In this document: positions 30,904 to 40,927 of the stretch, piece by piece
Numbering within the stretch: the stretch's first letter is position 1
How the letters are laid out: each line of letters begins with the position of its first letter
Origin: an uncultured Thermoleophilaceae bacterium
Lineage (GTDB): Bacteria > Actinomycetota > Thermoleophilia > Solirubrobacterales > Thermoleophilaceae
DNA: 64,000 nucleotides
Direction: 5' to 3'
Assembly: GCA_963819635.1 (NCBI GenBank)
Contig: CAWFWX010000008.1
Location: 26,595 to 90,594, forward strand
Notes under the pieces: model-generated
Databases searched by the model: none
Told to the model about the DNA's origin: nothing
What the model saw: the letters and a program-made list of their open reading frames with translations, nothing else
Program-made: the position numbers and the translations under genes

Positions 30904-32246
30904 CGGCCGCCGCGCTGGCGGCGGCGGGCGTCGAGGCGCGTGACCTCGGCGGGCGCATCCTCGAGCGGCGTCAGCGCGCCCTCCAGGCCGAACAGCTCGT
31001 GAAGCGCGTGCACGTAGCGGTAGGACGTGCCCTCCCCGGCCGCGCCGCGGAGCACGCTCGTCGGCTCGTGGAGCAGACGGCTCACAACCGCGCTCGCCAG
31101 CGTCGCCACCCGCTCGCGGTCGACCTCGGAGAGCGACTCCCAGCGCGACTCGTTCTCGCGCAGCACCTGCTCGACGATCTCGTCGCCGCGCCGGCGGAGC
31201 GCGGAGATCGTGGGCACCACGTCGAGGCTGCCGAGCCAGTCCTCGAAGCGCGCGACCTCCTGGTGCACGATCACCTGCGCCTCGTCGGCCTCCGACTGGC
31301 GCCCGCTCAGGTTGCGCGCCACCTCCGCCTGCAGGTCGTCCATGTCGTAGAGCGCGATGCCCGGGCAGTCGCGCACGCCCGGCTCGATGTCGCGCGGCAC
31401 GGCGAGGTCGATCATCACGAGCGGCCGCCCCATGCGAGACGCGGCGACGAACTCGAGCTCCTCGCGCCCGACGATCTGGTGCGGCGCCCCGGTGGCGCTC
31501 ACGACGATGTCCGCGTGCTCCAGCTCGCCCGGCAGCGAGTCGAAGGGGATCGCCCGGCCTCCGTAGCGCTGCGCCAGCCCGAGCGCCCGGTCGTAGCGCC
31601 GGTTCGCGACGAAGAGGGTCTCCACGCCGCGGTCGCGCAGCGCGCGGGCGGTCAGCTCGGCGTTCTCGCCGGCGCCGATCACGAGCACGCGCCGGTTCGC
31701 GAGGTCGCCGAGGAAGTCGGCTGCCAGCTTCACGGCCACCGACGAGACCGACACGCTCGAGCGCGCGATCCCGGTCTCGTGGCGGACCCGCTTCCCCGTG
31801 GCGAGCGCGTCGCGGAAGAGCCGGTTCGCGACCGGCCCGGTCACGCCCTCGACCAGCGCCATCTCGTACGAGCGCTTCACCTGTCCCTGCACCTCGGCCT
31901 CGCCGACGATCATCGAGTCGAGCCCTGCCGTGACCGAGAACAGGTGCTCGACCGCCGCGCCGCCGCGCAGCGCGTAGATCGCCCCGAGCAGCTCCGTGGG
32001 CCGGAGGCCCGCCTGCCGCGACAGGATCCCGAGCGCCACGTTCTCGGCCTCGACCGGGTCGGCCGTGACGAGATAGAGCTCGGTGCGGTTGCAGGTCGAG
32101 ATGGCCACGGCCTCGTGGACGGCGTCGTGGCCCACGAGCTCGGCCAGGACGCGCGCCGCCCGCCCGTCCGGCAGCGCCAGCTTCTCGCGCAGCGGGAGCG
32201 GCGCGGTCTTGTGGTTCGCGCCGAGCGCCAGCAGCTCGCCCGTCAC
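30900..32246 (-). CDS. hemA: glutamyl-tRNA reductase
   Basis: 448 aa: LGANHKTAPLPLREK, AISTCNRTELY, VLVIGAGENAEL. Confidence 0.9.
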   Translation of the reverse strand: MTGELLALGANHKTAPLPLREKLALPDGRAARVLAELVGHDAVHEAVAISTCNRTELYLVTADPVEAENVALGILSRQAGLRPTELLGAIYALRGGAAVEHLFSVTAGLDSMIVGEAEVQGQVKRSYEMALVEGVTGPVANRLFRDALATGKRVRHETGIARSSVSVSSVAVKLAADFLGDLANRRVLVIGAGENAELTARALRDRGVETLFVANRRYDRALGLAQRYGGRAIPFDSLPGELEHADIVVSATGAPHQIVGREELEFVAASRMGRPLVMIDLAVPRDIEPGVRDCPGIALYDMDDLQAEVARNLSGRQSEADEAQVIVHQEVARFEDWLGSLDVVPTISALRRRGDEIVEQVLRENESRWESLSEVDRERVATLASAVVSRLLHEPTSVLRGAAGEGTSYRYVHALHELFGLEGALTPLEDAPAEVTRLDARRRQRGGR

Positions 32247-32401
32247 TCGTCCTCCTCCGCGGCGACCAGCTCGGAGATCTGGCGGTCGATGCGCGCGATC
32301 TTCGCCCCGATGATCGCCACGTAGATCAGGATCAGCGCGATGAACACGACGTACGCGCCGGCGACGTACTTGCCCGCCTCGTCAAGCGGCAATGCGGGCA
32401 C
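32243..32401 (-). CDS. ccmD: small single-TM protein in the CcmD position (52 aa); not in the supplied ORF track
   Basis: GTG 32401 to TGA 32243: VPALPLDEAGKYVAGAYVVFIALILIYVAIIGAKIARIDRQISELVAAEEDE. It overlaps the ccmC end and the hemA start (GTGA). Architecture is short N-terminus, one TM helix, charged tail. Confidence 0.4.
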   Translation of the reverse strand: MPALPLDEAGKYVAGAYVVFIALILIYVAIIGAKIARIDRQISELVAAEEDE

Positions 32402-33083
32402 GGTTCCTCAACCTCTCGTTTCTCAGCTTCTTCAGCTGCATCGACGCGTGCTTGGCGGTCAGCTCGAGCTTCCACAGCGTCACGAACAGGAGCGCCATCC
32501 CCAGGAGCGAGACGAGGAAGGTAAGGCGCATGTCGCCGGGCAGGTCGCCTCCCGTCTGGGACAGGACGCGGGGATGGGTGAACGATTCGGCCATGCGCAC
32601 CGCCACGAAGTTAAGCGGTACGAACGCTCCGGCCGTGATCGCGAATACCGAGGAGTAGCGCGCTTGCCGCGAAGGGTCCTCGATCGAGAAGCGCAGCGGG
32701 TAGTAGACGCAGTAGAGGAGGAAGACCACCAGGAACGAGACGAGCACCGGCTCGTCCCACACCCACCAGTGGCCCCAGGACGCCTTCGCCCAGATCGCGC
32801 CGGTGACGAGGACCCCGAGGCCCAGGATGATCGACTGGTGGATGGCGACGTAGGAGCGCATGTCCCAGGACGAGTCGCCGCTCCGCAGGTGCTTGATCGC
32901 GAACACGCCGCCCGCGACGAACCCGCAGAGCGCCACGATCGCCATCGGCACGTGCACGTAGAAGATCTTCTGGACGAAGCCCTGGTCGGCGTCGTTCGGC
33001 GCGTAGAAGAACACCAGCGCGAACGCCGTCGTGAGGGTCACGACGGTTGCCGCAGCGAGCGGAGCGAGGCCCTTGGAATACAT
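32382..33083 (-). CDS. ccmC: heme exporter protein C (CcmC)
   Basis: FYAPNDADQGFVQKIFYVHVPMAI parallels E. coli CcmC [23 protein letters not shown]. Trp-rich motif WGHWWVWDEP. ATG 33083 overlaps the ccmB stop. Confidence 0.8.
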   Translation of the reverse strand: MYSKGLAPLAAATVVTLTTAFALVFFYAPNDADQGFVQKIFYVHVPMAIVALCGFVAGGVFAIKHLRSGDSSWDMRSYVAIHQSIILGLGVLVTGAIWAKASWGHWWVWDEPVLVSFLVVFLLYCVYYPLRFSIEDPSRQARYSSVFAITAGAFVPLNFVAVRMAESFTHPRVLSQTGGDLPGDMRLTFLVSLLGMALLFVTLWKLELTAKHASMQLKKLRNERLRNRARIAA

Positions 33084-33757
33084 CAGTCCTCGAGCAGGAA
33101 GTCGAAGACCGCCACTGAGAGAAGCACGAACACCACATCGTAAAGAGTGAGGAGCAGAAGCCAGCGGCCGAGGTCCTCGGGCCCGGCCGCCTGACGGAAG
33201 AGCGGCTCCGTGGCCTGAGCGCAGGCGATCAGCAGCGGAACGAGCAGTGGAAGCAGCAGGAGCGGGACGATCAGCTCGTGCGCCCGTGTCTCGGCCGCGA
33301 GCGCGGCGACCAGCGCCCCGACCGCCGCCATGCCGAGGTTGCCGAGCAGGAGCACGGGAACGAGCTCCGGGAACGCCCCTCCCAGGCCGGGGCCGAGCAG
33401 CAGCAGCGCGAACGCCGGTACGGCTACGAGCTCGACGGCCGTCAGGAACACGAACAGCGCCGCCGCCTTGGCGAGGAAGAGCGCCGTGCGGTCCACGGGC
33501 GCCAGCAGCAGGCCGTCGATCCCGCCCTGCTCGCGCTCGGCCGCGAACAGGCGCGACACGCCGATCACGGCAGCGAGCAGGAGCGTCACCCACAGCACGC
33601 CCGACGCCAGCTCGCCGTCGAGCGCGTCGCGGTCGAGCCCGAAGTGGAACAGGACGTAGACCGTGATCGAGAACAGCACCATGGCCGGCACCGACTCCTT
33701 CGTCCGGAGCTCGATCAGGAGGTCCTTGCGGAGGATCGTTCGGGCGGCCGCGATCAC
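33083..33757 (-). CDS. ccmB: heme exporter protein B (CcmB)
   Basis: 224-aa polytopic membrane protein: ILRKDLLIELRTKE, SRLFAAEREQGGIDGLLLAP. Confidence 0.75.
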   Translation of the reverse strand: MIAAARTILRKDLLIELRTKESVPAMVLFSITVYVLFHFGLDRDALDGELASGVLWVTLLLAAVIGVSRLFAAEREQGGIDGLLLAPVDRTALFLAKAAALFVFLTAVELVAVPAFALLLLGPGLGGAFPELVPVLLLGNLGMAAVGALVAALAAETRAHELIVPLLLLPLLVPLLIACAQATEPLFRQAAGPEDLGRWLLLLTLYDVVFVLLSVAVFDFLLED

Positions 33758-34401
33758 CGGTAGAGCTCCGCGTCCACCGGCGCGGGGCGACCGGCCTTCA
33801 GGCCGAGGGCCACATCCGACTCGGCGAGCGCGCCCTGCACGTCGTGGCTCACGAGCACCCTGGTTCGACCCGAGGCGCGGCCGATGAGCGGCTCGACCAG
33901 CTCGGCCGCCGCCGGGTCGAGGTTGGCGCGCGGCTCGTCGAGGAGGAGGAGAGCGGGCTCGTGGAGGACCGCCCGCGCGACCGCGAGGCGCTGGACCAGG
34001 CCCTTCGAGAGATCGCGAACCGGCTCCTCCGCGCGATCGGCCAGGCCCACCTCCGCGAGCACCAGCTCGACACGCGCGTCGGGCACCCCGTGCAGACGCC
34101 CGTGATAGCGCAGGTTCTCGCGTCCGCTCAGCTCGCGGTAGAGCAGCGGCTCGTGACCCAGGTAACCGACCTGCGCGGGGAGCTTCCAGCGCTCGTCCGG
34201 CAGCGAGGCGCCGAGCACGGTCGCCCGCCCGCCCTGGGGACGCAGCAGCCCGGCGAGCACCCGCAGCAGCGTGGTCTTCCCTGCCCCGTTGCCCCCGAGT
34301 ACGGCGAGCGTCTGACCCTCCTCCACGCGCACGCTCACGCCGACGAGCGCGACCCGCTCGCCGTACCGCCGCTCGAGGCGTTCGAGCTCGATCGCAGCCA
34401 C
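33754..34401 (-). CDS. ccmA: heme ABC exporter ATP-binding protein CcmA
   Basis: Walker A GGNGAGKTTLLRVLAG, signature LSKGLVQR, Walker B LLLLDEP. Confidence 0.75.
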   Translation of the reverse strand: MAAIELERLERRYGERVALVGVSVRVEEGQTLAVLGGNGAGKTTLLRVLAGLLRPQGGRATVLGASLPDERWKLPAQVGYLGHEPLLYRELSGRENLRYHGRLHGVPDARVELVLAEVGLADRAEEPVRDLSKGLVQRLAVARAVLHEPALLLLDEPRANLDPAAAELVEPLIGRASGRTRVLVSHDVQGALAESDVALGLKAGRPAPVDAELYR

Positions 34402-34424
34402 GCGCCGAAGCCTATGCTGAGGCT

Positions 34425-34859
34425 GTGGCGCGAATGGTCGGTATCAACCACATTGCGCTGGCGGTCGGCGACGTGGACGAGGCCGTCGAGTTCTACGGGC
34501 GCATCTTCGACCTCGAGCTGCGCGGGCGCGTGCGCGGGATGGCGTTCCTGGACATGGGGGATCAGTTCCTCGCGCTCGCCGAGGGCGACGACCCGGTGGC
34601 CGACCGCCACCGCCACTTCGGCCTCGTCGTGGACGACCGCGGGCGGGTGCGGCAGGCGCTCCAGGAGGCGGGCGTCGAGATCGAGCCGAGCCGCGGGCTC
34701 CGCTTCCGCGACCCCTGGGGCAACCTGGTCGAGGTGGTCCAGTACTCGGACGTCCAGTTCACGAAGGCGCCGCCCGTGCTTGCGGGCATGGGGTTGGACC
34801 AGCTCGGCAAGTCCGACTCGGCGAAGCAGGAGCTGCGCCAGAAAGGGCTTGGCCCCTAA
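34425..34859 (+). CDS. VOC (glyoxalase/bleomycin-resistance) family protein
   Basis: INHIALAVGDVDEAVEFYGRIF...HFGLVVDD...FRDPWGNLVEV. Confidence 0.6.
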   Translation: MARMVGINHIALAVGDVDEAVEFYGRIFDLELRGRVRGMAFLDMGDQFLALAEGDDPVADRHRHFGLVVDDRGRVRQALQEAGVEIEPSRGLRFRDPWGNLVEVVQYSDVQFTKAPPVLAGMGLDQLGKSDSAKQELRQKGLGP

Positions 34860-35326
34860 CTTCGCTCCAGGAGCTGCGCCGCGTGTTCGAGCGTCGGCTC
34901 GACGATCGGCCAGGACTGCTCGATCGCCTTGGGGTTGCCCGGCAGGTTCACGATCAGCGTGCGTCCGCGCACGCCGGCCACGCCGCGGCTGAGCAGCCCG
35001 AGCGGCGTGTGCTCGCGCGAGTCCGCCCTGATCGCCTCCGCGTAGCCGGGCGCCTCGCGCTCGATGACGGCTCGCGTGGCCTCGGGCGTCACGTCGTCGA
35101 GCGTGAGCCCGGTGCCGCCGGTCGTGAACACGAAGCGCACGCCGTCGTGGTCGGCAAGCCGCTTGAGCGCCGCGACGATCGATTCGCGGTCGTCCGACAC
35201 CACCTCGTGCTGGACCTCGAGCCCGGCCTGCTCGCAGAGCCGCACCAGCGCGGGCCCGGAGACGTCCTCGCCCTCGCCGTTCGCCAGCGAGGTGGAGATA
35301 GTCACCACGGCCGCGCGCGAGCTCAC
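34856..35326 (-). CDS. molybdenum cofactor biosynthesis protein MogA/MoaB family
   Basis: [35 protein letters not shown]. Confidence 0.75.
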   Translation of the reverse strand: MSSRAAVVTISTSLANGEGEDVSGPALVRLCEQAGLEVQHEVVSDDRESIVAALKRLADHDGVRFVFTTGGTGLTLDDVTPEATRAVIEREAPGYAEAIRADSREHTPLGLLSRGVAGVRGRTLIVNLPGNPKAIEQSWPIVEPTLEHAAQLLERS

Positions 35327-35850
35327 TGCTCGCGGCGCCAGTCGTGCCGGCCGCCGGACTTCTCGAGCAGCACGACCTCGGCGATCTCGACGCCGCGCTC
35401 GATGCCCTTGACCATGTCGTAGACGGTCAGCGCGGCCACGGAGGCGCCCGTGAGCGCCTCCATCTCCACGCCGGTCTGGCCGCTCGTACGCGCCTCCGAC
35501 ACGATCTCGACGCGGTCCTCGTGCACCTCGATCCGCACGTCGACGAACGAGAGCGGCAGCGGGTGGCAGAGCGGGATCAGGTCGGCGGTGCGCTTGGCGG
35601 CCTGGATGCCGGCGATGCGCGCAGTGCCGATCACGTCGCCCTTCGGAGCGTCGCCGCGTGCCACGGCGGCGGCCGTGTCCGGCGCCATTCGCACGACCGC
35701 TCGCGCGACGGCGCGCCTGTCCGTGACCTCCTTGTCGCCCACGTCGACCATCCGGGCGCTCCCGGCCTCGTCGATGTGTGTGAGCTCGTCAGACAGGCTG
35801 GCCGGCCGTTCGCTGCGCCGCCGCGATGAGGTCGCGCACCGCCCGCTCAT
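35323..35850 (-). CDS. moaC: cyclic pyranopterin monophosphate synthase MoaC
   Basis: [58 protein letters not shown]. The only canonical start (35850) overlaps the upstream gene by 62 nt. Confidence 0.85.
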   Translation of the reverse strand: MSGRCATSSRRRSERPASLSDELTHIDEAGSARMVDVGDKEVTDRRAVARAVVRMAPDTAAAVARGDAPKGDVIGTARIAGIQAAKRTADLIPLCHPLPLSFVDVRIEVHEDRVEIVSEARTSGQTGVEMEALTGASVAALTVYDMVKGIERGVEIAEVVLLEKSGGRHDWRREQ

Positions 35851-36451
35851 CGCCGTGCCGGAGCAGCTCGATCGGGTCGGGGTCGCCGTTCACGATCGAT
35901 TCGAAGAAGACCTTGCGGTCCTGATAGGTGGCGAGCGTGCCCTTCGCCCAGCCGCGCACCTCGTTGAGGAGGATCGCGAGGCGCGCGTAGGGCTCGCCGT
36001 ACTCGTCCGCGATCTCGTCCCGGATCCGCTTGGCGAGCGCGGGCGAGGCGCCCGCCGTGGAGATCGCGATCGCGAGCGGGCCGGTCCGGATGATCGCCGG
36101 GAGGATGAAGTTGCAGAGCGGTGGCACGTCGACGACGTTCACCAGCATCGCCCGCCGCTCGGCGTCGTCGTAGACCGAGATGTTGACGTCGGTGTCGTTC
36201 GTCGCCGCGATCACCATGAAGACGCCCTCGAGGTCCGCGGGGCCGGCGTACTCGCGCGGCTCCCAGCGGATCGAGCCCTCGTCCGCGAGCGCGCGCAGAG
36301 GGTCGATCATCTCCGGCGCAATCACGGTCACCTCGCCGTCGCAGGCGAGCAGGCCCTCGACCTTCTCCAGCCCCACGTCCCCGCCGCCGATCACCACGCA
36401 GCGGCGTCCCGTGAGCTTCAGGCAGGCGATGTAGAAGGGGGTGTCGAGCAT
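35789..36451 (-). CDS. precorrin-2 dehydrogenase / sirohydrochlorin ferrochelatase (SirC/CysG N-terminal domain type); the ORF extends to 36556
   Basis: [23 protein letters not shown] (Rossmann), [26 protein letters not shown] 36451. An upstream in-frame Cys-rich 35 aa may or may not be translated. Confidence 0.7.
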   Translation of the reverse strand: MLDTPFYIACLKLTGRRCVVIGGGDVGLEKVEGLLACDGEVTVIAPEMIDPLRALADEGSIRWEPREYAGPADLEGVFMVIAATNDTDVNISVYDDAERRAMLVNVVDVPPLCNFILPAIIRTGPLAIAISTAGASPALAKRIRDEIADEYGEPYARLAILLNEVRGWAKGTLATYQDRKVFFESIVNGDPDPIELLRHGDERAVRDLIAAAQRTAGQPV

Positions 36452-36549
36452 CCCCTGAACGCAGCTCTGGTCGCAGATCCCCTTCCGGAGCTGGCAGACG
36501 CATTCCTTGCCCGCATAGGCCTGTGCCGGCATTGGGAAAGAGTCTAGGC

Positions 36550-37485
36550 ATGCCAAACGTCTACGCCAGTCTGCCTCTGAGCGGCCCCGCGCGGGTCTTC
36601 GGCCGGGAGCTGCTGCGGGGCGCCGAGCTCGCCCTCGACCGCCCCGGGAACGCCTCGGTGGAGCTGCTCGCCCTCGATTCGGGCGGGGAGGCTCGCGAGG
36701 GGCGCGCGGCCGACGCTGCCCGCCAGGCCGCCGAGGACCCGGACGCGCTCGCCTACCTTGGCGACTTCCACTCGAGCGAGGTCGCCGCGAGCAGCGCGAT
36801 CCTGGGCCCGGCGGGACTGCTCCAGGTCGCGCCGGTCGCCACCTGGGCTGAGCTTGGTGGCCCCACGCTGATCCGGCTCATGCCGCACGACGGCGTCGGA
36901 GCCCGTGCGATCGCGGACTGGCTTGTCGGCGCCGGGGTGACCGATCTGCTCGTGGTGCACGACCACGACCCGTACTACGGCGTGCCCGTTGGAGGAATGT
37001 GCACCGACGCGGCGCGAGACCGCGGGCTCGCAGTGCGGTCGCGGCCGATCTGGAATCACGACGAGGAGTGGCGGAGCGATATGGACGGCGCACAGGCCCT
37101 CCTCTACGTCGGGGTCGCGGGATCCGGCGCCGTGGGGCTCTGGCACGACCTCCATGGCGCGAACCCCGATCTGTGGCTGCTGGGGACCGAGGGGGTGGCC
37201 GAGCCGTGGCTAGCGGAGGCGATGAGCGTCTCGGCCGCCGAGCGCACGCGCTTCTTCCGCGCCCAGCGCGCGCCGTTCGGCTTCTACGGCTACGAGGCGA
37301 TGGCGCTAATCCTCGACGCGGTGGCGGAGGGCGGTGGGGACAGGGCGGCGACCGTGCGCGCCGCGCGCGCCACCACCGATCGCGACTCCATCCTTGGCCG
37401 CTACTCCCTGGACGACCAGGGGCACACGACGACCACTGCCTACGGATGCCTTGCGGTCGTCGACGGGGAGCTTGTCAGCGCTTGA
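36550..37485 (+). CDS. type-1 periplasmic-binding-fold (LivK/Peripla_BP_6-like) protein with no obvious signal peptide (alternative start 36523)
   Basis: [23 protein letters not shown]...[13 protein letters not shown]...; overall Leu/Ile/Val-binding-protein-like layout. Confidence 0.4.
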   Translation: MPNVYASLPLSGPARVFGRELLRGAELALDRPGNASVELLALDSGGEAREGRAADAARQAAEDPDALAYLGDFHSSEVAASSAILGPAGLLQVAPVATWAELGGPTLIRLMPHDGVGARAIADWLVGAGVTDLLVVHDHDPYYGVPVGGMCTDAARDRGLAVRSRPIWNHDEEWRSDMDGAQALLYVGVAGSGAVGLWHDLHGANPDLWLLGTEGVAEPWLAEAMSVSAAERTRFFRAQRAPFGFYGYEAMALILDAVAEGGGDRAATVRAARATTDRDSILGRYSLDDQGHTTTTAYGCLAVVDGELVSA

Positions 37486-37525
37486 GCTGCCGCCGGGGGC
37501 GTGGTTTCGCCTACTCTCGCGTCGC

Positions 37526-37999
37526 ATGTCCACGTCCCACCCGGTCCCGAGCGATCCAGCGTCGAGCTACCGGGCGATCGAGAACCTGATCGCGAGCTAC
37601 GCGGAGCTTGTGGACGACGGTGATTTCGCCGGCGTTGGCACCCTCCTCGCGGACGCCACCTTTATCGGCGCGGCCGGGACGGTGAGCGGCCGGGACGCGA
37701 TCGAGAGGATGCTGCGGGACAGCCTGATCGTCTACGACGACGGCACGCCACGGACCAAGCACGTCACCACCAACATCGCGATCGAGATCGATGAAGAGGG
37801 CGGCAGGGCGGATTCGCGTTCGTACTTCACCGCGCTGCAGGCGCTGCCCGGGCTGGCTCTGCAACCCATCGTGAGCGGTCGCTATCAAGACCGCTTCGCG
37901 CGTCGCGACGGGCGCTGGCGCTTCGTGGAGAGGCGCGTCCGAACCGATCTCGTCGGCGACGTCAGTCGGCATCTGCGCGCGGCCGCCGCCGACCAGTAG
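37526..37999 (+). CDS. SnoaL-like / NTF2-fold protein
   Basis: IENLIASYAELVDDGDFAGVGTLLADATF...HVTTNIAIEID...GRYQDRFARRDGRWRFVERRV. Confidence 0.5.
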   Translation: MSTSHPVPSDPASSYRAIENLIASYAELVDDGDFAGVGTLLADATFIGAAGTVSGRDAIERMLRDSLIVYDDGTPRTKHVTTNIAIEIDEEGGRADSRSYFTALQALPGLALQPIVSGRYQDRFARRDGRWRFVERRVRTDLVGDVSRHLRAAAADQ

Positions 38000-38000
38000 G

Positions 38001-39578
38001 TCAGCGCTTGAACACGTCGCGGAGCGTCTTGCGGCCTACGCGCGCCAGCGGCAGGATGCCGCGCCGCAGAGCGCCGGCCTTGTCCGCGTCGCGGCCGTAG
38101 AGGAGGCGCGCCGACGCCTGCATGGCCTTCCCGAGCGCCTCGTCGTACGGGTGCCACCAGAAGTCCCGTGTGCGCGACGGCTCCCAGGTGACGAGCTTGA
38201 TGTTCACGCACTCGTAGAGACCGAACTTGGAGTGGGAGCGCCCGAGGCCGGAGCTCTTCACGCCGCCCCACGAGCACGAGCAGGCGCCGTGGCTGAACAT
38301 GTGGTCGTTCACCCAGACCATGCCCGCCTCGACGCGCCGGGCCATTCGCTCGCCCTTGGCGCGGTTCATCGTCCAGACGGACGCGCCCAGGCCGAACTCC
38401 GAGTCGTTCGCGAGGGCGATCGCCTCGTCCTCGTCCTCCACGGTCACGATCGGCACGACCGGGCCGAAGATCTCCTCGCGCATGATGCGCATGTCGTGCG
38501 TTACGCCGGTGAGGACGGCGGGCCGGAAGAAGGGCTCGTCCGCGCCGCCGCAGTGGAGCGTCGCGCCGTTCGCGACCGCGTCGTCCACCAGCTCCTTGAC
38601 GAGCTCGAGCTGCTCCTGCGAGACCATCGGGCCGATCTCCGTATCCCACTCGAGCGGGTCGCCGACCGTGAGCGCCTTCGCACCCTCCACGACGCCCTCG
38701 ACGAAACGCTCGGCCACGTCCTTCACGACGTAGACCCGCTCGATCCCCGAGCAGGTCTGGCCGGCGTTCGCGAACCCGCCCCAGAGGCAACCCGAGATCG
38801 CGTTCGCGAGGTTGGCGTCGGCGCAGACGATCATGGGGTCCTTGCCGCCCAGCTCGAGCACCGAGCCCTTCATCCGCTTCGCGCACTCGACGCCCACCTG
38901 GCGCCCCACGTCCACCGAGCCGGTGAAGAAGATCTTCGACGCCGTCGACTCGACGAGCGCCTGCCCCACGGCGCCGCCGCCGTGGACCGTGCGGACGAGG
39001 CCCTCCGGCACTCCCGCGCGCTCGAAGACCTCCTGGATCCGCTGCCCGATCAGCGGCGTCAGCGACGCCGGCTTCAGCACCACCCCGTTCCCCGCCATGA
39101 GCGCGATCGCCACCTCGCCGAACGGGATCGACCAGGGGTAGTTCCAGGGCGCGATCACGCCCACCACGCCGAGCGGCTCGTAGGTGAAGCGCGCGCGCTT
39201 CTGCTTCAGGAAGATCGGCAGCGGGATGCGCTCGTCGTCGAGGATCTCCGGTCCGGCGTCGGCGAGCCAGCGCAGCGAATCGATCGTGGGCAGAAGCTCC
39301 ATCACGTAGGACTCGTTCAGCGCCTTGCCCTGCTCGCGCGAGAGCAGCTCCGCCAGCTCGTCGATCTGGTCGATGATCGCCTGCGCGGCGCGGCGCATGT
39401 AGCGAGCGCGATCGACAAGCGGCAGCTGAGCCCAGAAAGGCTGGACGCTCGCCACGTCGTCCACCACCGACTGGACCTGGGCCGGGGTCACGGTCGGCAC
39501 CGCGCCGATGTGCTTGCCGTCGAGCGGGCTGAACGACTCGAGCTCGGTGGCCTCGGCCGGCCGCAGTGCAGCTTCCAT
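38001..39578 (-). CDS. NAD(P)-dependent aldehyde dehydrogenase family protein
   Basis: 525 aa: VIAPWNYPW, FTGSVDVGRQV, ELGGKDPMIV, GQTCSGIERVYV, EEIFGPV. Confidence 0.85.
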   Translation of the reverse strand: MEAALRPAEATELESFSPLDGKHIGAVPTVTPAQVQSVVDDVASVQPFWAQLPLVDRARYMRRAAQAIIDQIDELAELLSREQGKALNESYVMELLPTIDSLRWLADAGPEILDDERIPLPIFLKQKRARFTYEPLGVVGVIAPWNYPWSIPFGEVAIALMAGNGVVLKPASLTPLIGQRIQEVFERAGVPEGLVRTVHGGGAVGQALVESTASKIFFTGSVDVGRQVGVECAKRMKGSVLELGGKDPMIVCADANLANAISGCLWGGFANAGQTCSGIERVYVVKDVAERFVEGVVEGAKALTVGDPLEWDTEIGPMVSQEQLELVKELVDDAVANGATLHCGGADEPFFRPAVLTGVTHDMRIMREEIFGPVVPIVTVEDEDEAIALANDSEFGLGASVWTMNRAKGERMARRVEAGMVWVNDHMFSHGACSCSWGGVKSSGLGRSHSKFGLYECVNIKLVTWEPSRTRDFWWHPYDEALGKAMQASARLLYGRDADKAGALRRGILPLARVGRKTLRDVFKR

Positions 39579-39592
39579 GGGCCGGGATTCTG

Positions 39593-40927
39593 TCAGTCGC
39601 GGCCGCGTGCGCGGCGGATCTTGTCGAGGCGGTCGCGCAGCGCGGCCTCCTCACCGTGCTCCGACAGCTCGAGGAAGCGCTCCCCGACCGCGTCCGCCGG
39701 CATCAGCTCCTGATCGGAGACGCCCTCCGGACGCGAGTGCGGATAGTCGTAGTCGAGGCCCCTGCCGAGCTTCGTCGCACCGGGATAGGCGGCGCTCCGG
39801 AGCGCCGCGGGCGGCTCCGGCGTGCCGTGCTCGCGCACCCAGGCCCGCGCTCGCTTGATGCCCTCGTAGGAGGCGTTCGACTTGGGCGCCAGCGCCAGGT
39901 AGACCGCCGCCTGCGCCAGGTTGAGCGCACACTCCGGCATTCCGACGTGCTCGACCGCGTGCGCCGCGCTCACGGCCACCTCGAGCGCACGCGGGTCGGC
40001 ATTGCCGATGTCCTCGCTCGCCAAGACGACCATGCGCCGGGCTATGAAGCGCGGGTCCTCGCCGCCCTCGATCATCGCCGCCAGGTACAGCAGCGAGGCA
40101 TCGGGATCGGACCCGCGCGTCGACTTGATCCACGCCGAGATCAGGTCGTAGTGCAGGTCGCCGCCCTTGTCGTACAGGATCGCGCTGCGCTGGAGCGCGT
40201 CCTCCGCCACTCGCAGGGTCACCGCGCCGGCGTCGCCGACGGTCTCGGCCGCCAGCTCGAGCGCGGACAGCGCCGTGCGGGCGTCGCCGGCGGAGCGCGC
40301 TGCGAGGAACTCGAGCGCGTCGTCGTCCACCTGCGGCGCGTCCGCGATCCCACGCTCCGCGCCCAGGGCGCGGCGGAGCAGAGCGAGCACGTGCTCCTCG
40401 TCGAGCGACTGCAGTTCGTAGATCCGGCAGCGCGACAGCAGGGCCGAGTTGACCTCGAAGTAGGGGTTCTCCGTGGTGGCGCCCACGAGCACGACCGTGC
40501 CGTCCTCCACCGCGGGCAGGAGCGTGTCCTGCTGCGCCTTGTTGAAGCGGTGGATCTCGTCGAGGAAGAAGATCGTCCGTTCCCCGCTCGTCGCGAGCCG
40601 GTGCTTCGCGCGCTCGATCACCGCACGCACCTCGGCGCGGCCCGCGTTCACCGCGGACGCCTCCTCGAAGGCCGCACGGGCGTTCACGGCCAGCAGCCGC
40701 GCCAGCGTCGTCTTACCGGTGCCGGGCGGCCCGTAGAGGATCATCGAGTGCGGGCGCCCGTCCTCGATCGCGGTGCGCAGCGCGGAGCCGCGGCCGAGCA
40801 GGTGCTCCTGCCCGACGAACTCGCCGAGCGACTGCGGGCGCATGCGAGCCGCAAGCGGCTGTCCGGCGATCTCCGGGGCGTCCGGAGCCGCGGCCGGCTC
40901 CTCCATCTCGAACAGGCGTTCTTCCAC
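39593..40927 (-). CDS. rarA: replication-associated recombination protein A (RarA/MgsA AAA+ ATPase)
   Basis: [67 protein letters not shown]. Confidence 0.88.
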   Translation of the reverse strand: MEERLFEMEEPAAAPDAPEIAGQPLAARMRPQSLGEFVGQEHLLGRGSALRTAIEDGRPHSMILYGPPGTGKTTLARLLAVNARAAFEEASAVNAGRAEVRAVIERAKHRLATSGERTIFFLDEIHRFNKAQQDTLLPAVEDGTVVLVGATTENPYFEVNSALLSRCRIYELQSLDEEHVLALLRRALGAERGIADAPQVDDDALEFLAARSAGDARTALSALELAAETVGDAGAVTLRVAEDALQRSAILYDKGGDLHYDLISAWIKSTRGSDPDASLLYLAAMIEGGEDPRFIARRMVVLASEDIGNADPRALEVAVSAAHAVEHVGMPECALNLAQAAVYLALAPKSNASYEGIKRARAWVREHGTPEPPAALRSAAYPGATKLGRGLDYDYPHSRPEGVSDQELMPADAVGERFLELSEHGEEAALRDRLDKIRRARGRD

